In this document: piece by piece, positions 53,373 through 64,000 of the stretch
Numbering within the stretch: the first letter of the stretch is position 1
Layout of the letters: each line of letters begins with the position of its first letter
Origin: Vicugna vicugna
Lineage: Eukaryota
Reading direction: 5' to 3'
Assembly: GCA_013265495.1 (NCBI GenBank)
Contig: MU058645.1
Location: forward strand, 496,001-560,000
Length of the DNA: 64,000 nt
Notes under the pieces: model-generated
Databases searched by the model: none
The model's input: only the letters and a program-made list of their open reading frames with translations
Told to the model about the DNA's origin: nothing
Made by a program: the position numbers and the translations under genes

Positions 53373-53832
53373 TCTAACCAAAGCCAAAGTGTGTCAAGAA
53401 TTATGGATGTCTGTAAAGTGCAGCCTTTGGAAAAGTATCCAGTGGCTGTAGCCAGGAAACACAGTTAACAAATTATAAATGATCCAATTTTTTAATAGTT
53501 TCAACAAGCATGCCCGTTTCCTGACTATTAATACCTTTAATTCGTGAAGCTATGTAAATATTTAAACATACAAAATACTACTATTTATTTTTAAAAAATT
53601 TTTATTGATTTATAATAATTTTATAATGTGTCTATATATTTTTTATAGCTAAACATATACTTAATTAAAGTATAAAATATAAATGTAGAGAATACACACA
53701 ATTTTAAGAATGAGTTAATTCTGGGAAGAGAGGGAAGCATGTGTTATGTGAGGAAAATTAAAAGGTGTTCATTTGTAACTGGCAAACTTTTAAGAGATCT
53801 TTTTTTCAAAAGAAACTATGCTGTACTTCACG

Positions 53833-53971
53833 TTTCTTTTTTCTTTTTTCTTTTTTGTGGGGGGAGGTAGGTTTATTTATTCATTTATTTTAGAGGAGGT
53901 ACCGGGGATTGAACCCAGGACCTTATGTATGCTACACATGCGCTCTGCCACTTGAGCTACACCCTCCCCCC
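53833..53971 (-). mobile_element. Camelid tRNA-derived SINE
   Basis: Reverse strand: GGGGAGGGTGTAGCTCAAGTGG (A box)...GGTTCAATCCCC (B box)...AATAAACCTACCTCCCCCC + A-rich tail. Confidence 0.9.
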
Positions 53972-54059
53972 GATACGCTCTTAAAATTATTGTGATAACT
54001 GGACCTGTCACAAGCTTGCCTAAGTAACTTATTCAGCCATACGTATATACGTTATCTAC

Positions 54060-54132
54060 AGGTACCGGGGATTGAACCCAGGACCTTATGTATGCTAAGC
54101 ATCTGCTCTACCGCTTGAGCTACACCCCCCCC
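54060..54132 (-). mobile_element. Second, tailless camelid SINE head
   Basis: A and B boxes; 38 nt identical to the neighbouring copy. Confidence 0.85.
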
Positions 54133-55834
54133 AACTTCTTAATGTCCAAGTCTCTCATTAGAGTCCAGGTAGCAAAGTTTGCTTCATATTTTTTCCTCAT
54201 GGAAAAAATCTCTCTTATTAAGGTATAAGGTAAAACACCAGAAAATTTACATTTAGCCAAATGCCTTAAAATATGAAAATCAGAGAAGTCTCAAAAGAAA
54301 GAATCCACACATTGCATTCTTCCTGGTAGCTGAATATGTGAATTGTCAACAGAAACCATGGAGAGTTCAAATCTGCTGAACGGAGGAGGAAAGCAAATTT
54401 GCTGAAGCCCTGCCATATAATTGCAATTACAGCATCACAACTCTGTGCAAAACACAGAGCTCTGACAGGGCCAGGCCGCCTGGTCGCCCATCAGTACAAA
54501 GCCTGAGTCGTTCTCTCCATCAGGACCCAAACACACTCTTGGTGACCCTGGAAGATTTTACTAGTCTGAACTAATTTGGATTAGTCTCATTTCCATGGGC
54601 TGGTGTTCCCCTAACTCCAAAGTTATTCTCTGGGCGACACACTCCAGGAAGGCAGAGGTGTTTCTCAGTGACAGCACCTGCTGTCAGTTTGCTGTTAAGC
54701 GGCTGAAAAGTACAGATAATAAAAGAAAAGATTAGAGGAGGACCACAGCATTCCTCAAAGTGTGGAAACAAAAACTTCTAATATCCACTGCTTTCGCTCT
54801 TATTCACAGAAACAGAACTGCCCATGTATAAAGTGCCTTTGCCAATAGTTCTGTGGGTAAACGTCTTCTCAGTATCATCAGGGATACCTGAGTAGAAACT
54901 AGAAATGCTTCCTTTTTAAAAATTTGCGCTCAATCCTCGGACCCTCCTTTCTCTCACCTCATCTTAGACACAGAGTATCATATATATGAAAACCCCTATA
55001 AAAAAGGGTTTCAGAGTCAAGAAGCAGATGGGGAGAAGATGTTGGCATTGACCTCAAAGACTAAACAAACCCTGAGCAAATTGGGCACTTACTTACTTAC
55101 ACTAAAATACAACGCGTAGTTATTCTGCAAAATGATTCACCCACAGTAATCAAAGTTTTCATAAACCAAGTAAATAACGTCCTGCATTTTAGGCCCTTTG
55201 GCATCACAGCCAGGCTTTCCCAGTGACAATTTATGAACTGAGGTGTCCCTGTGTTCCCTTCCTTGATATGACCTTTCGTCAGAAGGAGATCGGCCGAGTA
55301 TCAGAAGAGAAAAAGTAATGGTAGAGAGGACGGAAAGCACACGTGTCCACAGAGGGGGAAGAGGCGTGTGCAGGTGAGCTGGAGGATAGTGACACGGTCG
55401 CGTCCACTCATCCTTCAGCTGGAAAAATGAGCGTTTGTTCTAGGGCGCTAAGTCAGGTCACTCTGTAAGTTCTGCTCAAGGAAAAGAAAACTCTCCTGCT
55501 TTCTTGCTTCTGAATCCCCCGAGTCCCTTCAGGTGGCGTGAATTAAAGTATCTATGCTAACCATACAAGCACGGGGGCCCTCGTCTCTCAGCAGGAACCC
55601 CCACTTGCCCTGAAGAAGTGCACATTCTAAAGTCCTTCCAGAACCCCGTGCATCACTGACCAAAGCAACCCTTTTCCTGGGGCGCCTGGGAAACCTAAGA
55701 AGGAGTACACGCCTGCAGTAGACCGAGCCAGTAGACCCAGCGGCCGGGGGGAGCCTCCCAGGACACGGAGGGAAGAGCATCTGAGGCTCGTATTAGAAAG
55801 CTTAATCCACAACGAGATGGGCGCTCACTGGCGT

Positions 55835-55970
55835 CGGGGGCAGAGCTCAGCGGTACAGCGTGTGCTCAGTTGCCCGAGGCCCCGGGGTCCATCCCCAGCA
55901 CCTCCATTAGGAAAATGAACCAATAAGTAAATCAAGTTACCCACCCCCCAAAACAAACAAACAAAAAAGA
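55835..55970 (+). mobile_element. Diverged camelid SINE
   Basis: ggggcagagctcagcggtacagcg...gggtccatccccagcacctcc...ttacccacccccc + (caaa)n tail. Confidence 0.8.
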
Positions 55971-55978
55971 GATCTCAC

Positions 55979-56182
55979 TGGAAAGCGGTTTTCCAGGGAA
56001 TAAATTGGATGCTCCTCCCATTGCGGCCCCGAGGCGTCAGTGATTCCAAAACCGGACAGCGAGGGGGAGAGAGGTGAGGGCGGCTGCTCCTCCCTCCCCG
56101 TCTCGCCCCCGTGGCTCTGCAGGTAGGACCGAGGAAAACGCCAGCAGCTGAGCGCCCCCACTCCCCTGCGTCGGCTTTTATA
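55979..56182 (-). promoter_or_regulatory. Candidate TATA promoter and first exon (MGGASNLFPGKPLS, phase 1) in a CpG-rich patch
   Basis: TATAAAAG at 56182-56175, Inr-like TCAGCT with A at 56149, gccgcaATGG at 56021, CCA|gtgaga donor at 55978. Confidence 0.3.
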
Positions 56183-57555
56183 TCAGAGTCTTTTCCTCTT
56201 TGTTTTCTCAATATTTAAACGAGAACGGCAGGCTTAAGAATGGCCTCCCATCTGGTGTTTGGTTCTTTTTATCCATTTTACGTTCGGCTAAATGAATAGG
56301 AAGCAGTGTTTCTTTCATGTCTTTCATTGCATTCAAAATGCACTTTTCAATTAAGAATATGGGACGATGGAGGAAGGTTTCTTTTCAATTGGAGGTCGGT
56401 TAATGTTCCTATTTCAGAAGATTGTGCAGTAGTTTAGAGGCAAGCTAAGCCGGTATGATTAGTAATAAGATAGAACACAATTAACTGGTGCTGTAACAAG
56501 CCAAGAGTCACAGGAAGCTGCTTTTGTAGAAAAATCATGGAAATCATTGATTTAAGAAAATGCAACTGTCAACAAGTAAAACTGTGATTACTTTGTCTGG
56601 ACTTCCAGCTGAGGAACAATTTATATCAGCAAACTAACTATTTTTTTCCTTGAGCTTCTAACAAGTTTATCTACTAATTTATGAGTGTGCTAGGAACCAC
56701 TAAATGGAAGCTTGTGTAAAGCATAAATAGTGATCTCTGTTTCAAAGGCAGCAAGTGCACTCTGGGGGCTCAGAATGAAAACAGAGGCAACTGGGCGGGA
56801 CCCTCCCAGGGTCCAGACTAAGACTGCAGCGCAGGGCCGTCCTGGCTGGGAGAAATCTTCCACTTAGGCGTTGTTAGGAATCCTGCATCTCTCAAAACTG
56901 TAGGGTTGTGAAGAAACCCATCTCCCTCCCTGAAGATTAGACCTTTGGAAAGAAGACAGAAGAGCTCTGTCTGGGATGCATCTGCCATGAGACAAAATGA
57001 CCAAGCATTGCTGATGTCTGAGGCATGGTGTGTGTGTCTGTGCGCGTGTGTCTGGGTGTGTGTCTTAAGTTAAAGTCTTCTGGACAAAATGATTAGATAC
57101 TCAATGAGTAAAACAAAATAAGTGGGTACAATCTCTGCCCCATCCCCCACTAACACTTCAGAAGGGCAGAGATGGGCCAAGGAAACGTGAGATATTCTCC
57201 ACAGGGGGAGCCTGGGGTAGCAATCTGGTTCTAGGGGAAAAATGGGAACTTTGGTGGCAGTGCCATTGGCAGGGTGTGTATACATTTACCAGATTGTTTG
57301 TTCAGGAGGGCTGGGGAGTGGAGAGGCACCCTACCAGTGCTTCATGTGTCCGCCAACCACAGAAATCTAAAATTGGCTATCTTGGAATTGACAGTGACCA
57401 TCATAATCTAACCTCGGTTTACAGATGGGAAAATGCCCCAAGGGCAAGACCAGGGTCCCAAGAGTCAAGCCAACTGGAAGCAGACTGGGTCTTCAACCCA
57501 GGCATCCTGCCCCATTCAATAAATAGATGCTAACATTTCCTATCACGTCAAAATG

Positions 57556-57710
57556 TTAGTAGGAATGTAGCTCGGTGCAGCCATTGTGGACAACTGTATG
57601 GCGATTCCTTAAGAACCTGAAAACAGACTTACTCTGTGACCCAGCAGTCCCACTCCAGGGCATGTATCCAGAGGGAACTAATTCGAAAAGACACACGCGC
57701 CCCGCTGCTC
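57556..57710 (+). mobile_element. L1 ORF2 C-terminal fragment
   Basis: ggtgcagccattgtggacaactgtatggcgattcctt...tgacccagcagtcccactcc. Confidence 0.85.
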
Positions 57711-57749
57711 CAGGGTGAGAGTCTGAGCGCTGGCTGCAGCGTGGATGCT

Positions 57750-58245
57750 GACCTTGGCGTCTTGTCCCATCGCGAGCGCCTGACGTAAGCCTGGACTGCC
57801 CAGGCACCCACTTCAGAGAGGCAGGCTCTGGATGCAGGCTATCTCCAGTGAACACACTGCCAGCCCCGCCACTAGATAAGCAGCCAGGTTGCCACCGCCC
57901 CCACGAAGCTCCTTTGTTTTAGAGATGCTGGTTAATTTAGATAATTGGCCATTTGAGCTGCTTGGGTTTTTTTCCCTTTCTTTCTCTCTTCCCACGTTTT
58001 AAATTCCTGCTCTCCTGTTTTAAATTTGCCAGTAAAGAATGAGCCCACGAAAGCCTAGACCTCCACCCCCAACTCGAGTAAAAGCAGAGCCCCAGGACCC
58101 CGCGAGCTCACTCATCCCTCCCTCTCTCCTTGCTGGGGGCCCCGGGTGTGCCTTGTACGCTCCAGGACCTGTAAGTAATAAACTTCCTTTCTCCAGAGTT
58201 CCCTGGTGGTTGTCGCTGAAAGGTGTCTTGCAGTCGCAAGAATCA
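57750..58245 (+). mobile_element. ERV-type LTR
   Basis: taaaagcagagccccaggacccc, ctgtaagtaataaac polyA signal ~58176, LTR-like layout; family unknown. Confidence 0.55.
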
Positions 58246-58709
58246 GTGGTCCAGTGGGAAGAAGCTCTCAGGCCCAGGAGAGCGCCCCCAGGGGTTTCCA
58301 GCCATCATGTTCCTCTGCGTAGGCTGAGACCTTCATGAAGCAGCGGTGTCTGAGAGGAGCGGTCAGGGAGGCATCTCTGAGAAGTGACATGTGAGCAGAG
58401 ATCAGATGAGCTGAGGACATGTGCTGTACACTGTCTGGGGAGGTCATTCCAGGCAGAGGGAAAAGCCTGGAGACCAAAGCGTGCTCAGAGGACGTGAGGG
58501 AAAACAAGTGTGAGACGGGAGGCGGGGGGTGCAGGGGGGGTGGAGGATGGGCCCCTGCAGGAACTGGCAGAGAGCGTCTTCCTAGCTGCGCAGCCAGCAG
58601 CCCTGGCCTTTTGACAGGTCCAAGCCTGTTTCTCATAAGCACCATCAGAGAGTGCAGAACCAGATGCACGCAGCACACAGAAACGCCGCAGGTGGAGTAG
58701 GAAAGCTCT

Positions 58710-58880
58710 GTATTGGACTTTCTACGTGGGGTGATGACAAAGTTTTGGAAACAAAGAGTGGTGACGTTTGCCTAACACTGTGACTGTGGGCAATGCTCAT
58801 GGTGGTACATTTAAAAATGTTCAAATGGAAATTTGATGTTATATGTAAACATATATGTATTTTCCCACTATAAGAGAAAA
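58710..58880 (+). mobile_element. L1MB/MC-like 3' end
   Basis: tggggtgatgacaaagttttggaa...ggtacatttaaaaatg. Confidence 0.8.
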
Positions 58881-58976
58881 GGAGCTTCATGTTAGCTTGG
58901 CTTCATGTTGAACTTAGACAAATGTTGGCCAACAGAGAAGACCAATAAGAACAAAGACCTCCCCAGGGCACTTCTC

Positions 58977-59331
58977 TGTTAGTGCCCAGGGCGGCCAGAA
59001 CACGTGCCAGCAGGAATTCGCTGTCTCACAGGTCAGGAGGCCAGAACCAAGTCAAGTCTGCACAGGGTGGTTCCCCCCAAGGGCTGTGAGTGAGGCTCCG
59101 CTCCAGGTCCCTCTCCATGGCCTGCAGACACGTCTTCATGTTCACATGGCATTCTCTAAGCATCTCTGTGCAGGACACCGGTCATACTGGATGAGGGCCC
59201 ACACTGATGACCTCGTTCTGGCTTACTACACCCTGACAGAGACCCTGTCTCCAAATAAAGTCACATTCTGAAGTATTCAGGGTTAGCGCTTCAACTTATA
59301 AATTTGGGGGGAAACAATTCAACCCATAAGA
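58977..59331 (-). mobile_element. MLT1B/C-like MaLR LTR
   Basis: gaccctgtctccaaataaagtcacattctgaagtattcagggttag...acaattcaacccataa. Confidence 0.85.
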
Positions 59332-61049
59332 GCCATGAAAGTGCACGCGCACACACACATACACACACACACCACTGTCACATGGTGATGGAGACACAGA
59401 GATGGAGGTGGCCTTTGGGTTGGAGCTGCACCAGTTCACAGCTCCAGGGTGCTGGTCAGGTGGATCAGCCATTCTGACCTGCATTTCCTTGGGTTTAAGT
59501 GAGATCAGATCCGCCTTGGAGGTGGGCTCTGAGGATGAAGCCATGTGCAACCCTCGGGGTGGTCTGCAGCTCCCTGTCCTTCCTGGAGCCCCCCTGCCCC
59601 ATCTCCAGCCCCCTCCCCATTAGGGCTTCTCTGCCTTTCTGTGCTTCAGTGTCTGTACATACACTCATCCCTTTGTCAGCTCCATCTCATGTACGTATGT
59701 CACAGATTTTTGGAAGGTTTGAATTCACTTCCTGTTTTACTGCTGACCTCGCACTGGAGGCAGCAGTCTCCTGGACAGCTGGGAACAAGGCTTTGAGAGA
59801 AGAATAAAGAGACTCAGGCGGGAGCCCTGCCTCCTCCTACAACCCCCTGTGGACCCTGAGCCCTCTTCTGCTTCCTAGGAGATGTGGAGCAGATACTCAC
59901 TAAACTCCCTCTTACCATTAGCTTCCCACCAGCCTGGAAACTTGGAAAGCTTGCAGTCATTCTCGTCCTCAGCAAGAGCCAAGGGGAAGGGCATCTGGGG
60001 AGGAGAGAGTCTTATCTGTGACTTAGTGATCAGCACACAATTCTAAATCAAAGCAGACAATTTCACATGTGTTTGCTTGTTTTAATTATGTATTTTTCCA
60101 TGTTGCAAACCATACTGCTTTCTCCATATTATGGTTCCAGGCACATGAAGAGAAGTTGTTCTCATTTTTCAAGAGATACTAGAGTTTCTATTACCCTGAG
60201 AATCCCTGACAATACCTGTAAGATTCTCTCCTCCACCTTCAACTCTACCCCATGACCCCCACGACCCAGGACTTCAATGACTATGTCCCCTGACATGGAG
60301 TGGATTGCTCCAGAAATCATGGCTTCTCAGGAAAATACATCCTGAGCCTTCTTAATTCCACGCCATCCTCTTGTGCAGTTTGACCACCCCCATTATCCTC
60401 TTCCAGCTCAAGTTCTGCACTTATTAGTCTTGGCTTGCTGTCCACATCTTCTCCAGATCCTCTCCAGTGCTCCTTCTCCTCATTCTTCATTCTTTCAGCC
60501 CTTCCACAGACATTGCTATTTTATTTTATTTATCTAGGTTCTGCTTGAACATCTCTGGTAAACCATTCATTCATTCCTTTATTTTTCTAAAAAATTTAGT
60601 TGAATGATTACTACAGCCTAATGTGTGAGAATAGAAAGGAGAAGACAAAACCACCATCCTCAAGGAAACTGTGGTCCAATGACAGAAAAGTCAACATTTT
60701 CAACATAGTAGGCTAAGACACACGTTAGGAAGTTTGCATCATTTCCAATCTTGATATCAACTTTTATCGACAGAAAGAAGCACTTAGCAGTGACCCCACT
60801 TTTTTCAAGATGTTAACTCACTTAAATGTCAACGTCTCTCCATGGCAAACGCCCAGCACAGTTATGCGTAAATCAACGCAACCAACTTTGCTGCCGCCTT
60901 TAAGAAAAAAACCCAAAGGTAATATAAAATCCAATCATGCCTTGTAAGAAAGATACTATCATATAATAATAAATTGGGCAACAAAGTTCAAGATTATTTT
61001 TAATTTCTTAAAAGAGGATTAAAAATAAAATTGAGCACTTGAGCACTTC

Positions 61050-61790
61050 CTGGTAATTAAATTTTCTCAAGCAGGCCACAGCCTCATCACCACTGCAGGA
61101 GGCAGTCCATTCACTCCCTGGACAGCTTTAATTGTGAGAACATCCTTCTTCCCCAAAATGAATTGAAATCAATTCTCTATAACTTTCCCCGCTGACACCG
61201 GCCCTGCCCTCTGGGACTCTCAGAATGATTTGAATCCGTCTTCCACATGGCGGTCCTTTAGGTCACCCCCTTGCTTAGTCTTCTCTTGTCCAGACTTGAG
61301 GTCCACGCAGCACAACCGATCTTGTACATTATTATTTTTTTGTTCAAAGAGAAACTTACTACTGAAGGTACTCAGCCTTATAAAATCCTGCGAAATGCTG
61401 CTCTGCACCCTCCCCATCTATAAACGTAAGTGAACCACCATCACCCTGTTAGGCAGCTTCTCTTTCTTGGATGGTCCAGATCACAGTCAGGGTGGGCAAG
61501 CCTTTAAAGCACCTCCACTCATCCTGCTGCTTAACTGCGTCTCTCCTTTCCTGGGTTTTCCTGCAGTTGGCTTTCTTTCAGTTAAAGGATATGATTTTAC
61601 ATTTATCCTAGTAAATCCATCTTTTTAGCATCAGTATAATTTCTAAATATGTTAGCTATTTGGAAGTCCCGATTCTGTTAGCCAATATACTCATGCTGGG
61701 TTCACAGTATCCATACTTTTGATAAGCATTTGTTCTGAGTCTTCACCCAAATAACTGAACCTTTTAAATCAGGCATGAAGTTCTATCCGA
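61050..61790 (-). mobile_element. L3/CR1 fragments
   Basis: ctgccctctgggactctcagaatgatttgaatccgtcttccacatgg...ttagtcttctcttgtccagact resembles antisense L3. Confidence 0.65.
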
Positions 61791-62274
61791 AATCCCTCTC
61801 CAGGCCTCTAAGGGCCAGAGCAGACATACTGGCACGGATACTCCCTCCCCTGCGGTCATCAGAGCTCTGCTGGACGCGTTCACAGGCTCCCCTCCTCTCC
61901 CTCGGCTCCTCCCCTCTGCAGCGCCACGCCCCACCAGCCCTCCCCCACGGAGTCCACCCCACCCTGAACGACTCCTGTGAGCTCTGTTAGACGTAGGTCG
62001 CACTGACATTTTGGAATGAAGGAAGCTTTGGAGCTAGAAATATCTTGGTTTGAATTCCAGCCCAGCAAGTTAGTAGCCTATTTCCACCCCGTTCTGTGAG
62101 CAAATACTCATTCTTCTGAGTATTGTATTCATTTTGCCATCTCTTACATTAGTATGATACCTGTCAACAAGCACTTTACACCCATGTCTTGTACCAAGTC
62201 TGGATTATGAGACAGAACTAGTATTTTACCTTAACTTGTCCAACACATGTTGGCTGTTTAACGAGATCACCCCC

Positions 62275-62623
62275 CACAGTGGGCTGAATGTTTACACCTC
62301 CCCTCTTAAATACCTACGTCCAAACCCTCCCCCCAAGCTGATGGTACTAGGAGGCGGGGCTTTGGGAGGTGCTTAGGTCATGAGGGTGGAGCCCCCACGA
62401 ATGGGATTAACACCCTCCAGAAAGCTCTGTTTTCACCCTGTGAGGACACAAGAAGGTGGTCCTCCACAACCTGGAAGAGGGTTCTCATCAGAATCTGACC
62501 AGGCAGGCTCCCTGATCTTGGACTTCCAGGTTCCAGAACCATGGAAATAAATTTACATTATTTTATAAATCATGCAGTCCGTGGTGTTTTGTTATCACAT
62601 TCTGAATGGCTGAACTGAGAACA
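62275..62623 (+). mobile_element. MLT1A-like MaLR LTR
   Basis: gatggtactaggaggcggggctttgggaggtgcttaggtcatgagggtggagccc...tcttggacttccag...aataaattt. Confidence 0.9.
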
Positions 62624-64000
62624 TATGTTTGGATCTGCATCTTTGACACCAAACATATAAACAAAATAGGATAATCAGTGATGACGTCTGTGCAAGTAAG
62701 GAGATTTTTTTCAAAGGCGTCTTTCCCTAGTTATTTCGTCTGACTGCTTCCGCTCGTGTTACCCTTGCTGCTGTTAGAACTTACTCTGACTATTTTGAAC
62801 TAGTCACAGAAGGAGGGCAGTTCTGAACAAATAAGGGGAATTTGATAAAAATCTTAAAGAATCAATCAAAAAGGGCATAATCCCAATTTGGATGAGAGCT
62901 TTGGGATGATGGCTCCCTCAACTCAAATAAAATGAACATCCCCATGATCAGTGAGCAATTTGCAGTTTCCAGGATGGAAAAGAAGAGACACTTCTGAGAA
63001 AGTGGTCCTGCTAGGGTATAGCAAAGAATGATGGTGGCGGCGGACCCGGGACTTTTTCTACACTTGAGATTTTCTCATAATAGAGAAATGAGATAGACTT
63101 GACCAACGTGAGAAGAAGTGGAGAAAAGAGCTAATTCTCAACAGAGAAGTGGAAACCCAAGAGAAAAAGAGGAAGGACTTAGAAGAGAGGAGACTGAATG
63201 GGACTGGAAGAACAGAGCCATCGGCTTCTGCATGGAGCAGGCTTCCCGGGTCCTGAGCCAGACTGTGGGCGCAGGCGTGGGTGAGGGAGGCCCTTAGGGA
63301 CTGTTTTCCCCAAATGTGTGTTTTTTTGATAAAATAAATCATAAGGAGAGCCAAAGAGCTTAACCAAAAAAACTTTTTGCAGTAGAAAACCAAGAATATC
63401 TGACTATTTAGTTTGTTTTCTGGCCTAGGGGGGAAAGATAACATTCTCACAAGTTATAATGCAGGCAAATATCTCTCCAGACACCAATGCAAACAAGAAA
63501 ATGACAGGAAAGCTCCAAGCTTAAAACCAGACTTCATGGAAAAACTAAAGAATGTATAAATCAAATGTGATATATTTTCACCCATATCTCCTTAATTTTA
63601 GGAGTCTCTGTAGCATAATAGCTTTACTTCGCAAGAATCAAAGACATGAAATAGGCTATTAATGGGTACCTTAGGGACTTTACATGAGTTTAAATCCTCT
63701 TTTCAACTTCCAACCAAACACAAAATAGCTCGTCACTGACTCTTCTTTTTCTGAATTGTATCCACCCCTACGAGGTTATGTTTCCAACATGTTCCGCCAA
63801 ACAATTCATCTTTTGCTGACACCTAAGCCACTGTAACTTCAAATTCATCAGTAAGAAGGGCTTTTAATCAGAACCTAAGAAAATACTGCCACCAAATCAG
63901 CTGTAGAGCAATCTGCCACCTTATGTAGACAAGCTCTTCGATGAGAACTCACAAATACCAAGATTCAAACGGCTCTCAAAATTTAAAAATGGAGGTTAAA

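Noticed and set aside
53890..54132. tRNA-like A/B boxes
   Set aside because: They are SINE heads, not full cloverleaf tRNA genes.
54987..55012. Short inverted repeat tgaaaaccct-ataaaaa-agggtttca
   Set aside because: Short imperfect stem expected by chance; intrinsic terminators do not apply here.
63090..63285. Purine-rich, coiled-coil-like plus-strand reading (LDQREKKWRKEL...)
   Set aside because: Stops in the frames bounded by plausible splice sites; likely compositional.
1..64000. Prokaryotic-style systems (operons, CRISPR arrays, defence islands) and most ORF-track entries
   Set aside because: Mammalian repeat-rich DNA; ORFs are short, often start at non-ATG codons, overlap repeats and resemble no family I know. 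No repeat-spacer array seen.

Overview
Mammalian genomic DNA, very probably camelid: it carries tRNA-derived SINEs of the Vicugna/Camelus type and artiodactyl-type L1 3' ends. Much of the window is interspersed repeat (L1, L2, L3/CR1, MIR, MaLR/ERVL/ERV1 LTRs, hAT MITEs), so nearly all ORFs in the six-frame track are chance ORFs. I cannot name any known gene. The main non-repeat signal is a candidate spliced minus-strand gene. Two exons with near-consensus splice sites (19199-18958 and 12974-12702) join in frame and encode a hydrophilic/helical region, a hydrophobic transmembrane-like segment and a basic tail. Several weaker 5', internal and 3' exon candidates flank them, plus a TATA/Kozak first-exon candidate at ~56.1 kb. 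Other points: five CpG-rich patches (one apparently built from an ancient LTR), a 13-bp minisatellite made of p53-type half-sites, a truncated ERV with 3' LTR, PPT and env remnant, L1 insertions with target-site duplications (one with a 5' inversion), and local AT-to-GC drift in repeats. Repeat family names come from recalled consensus similarity and boundaries are approximate; no searches were run.
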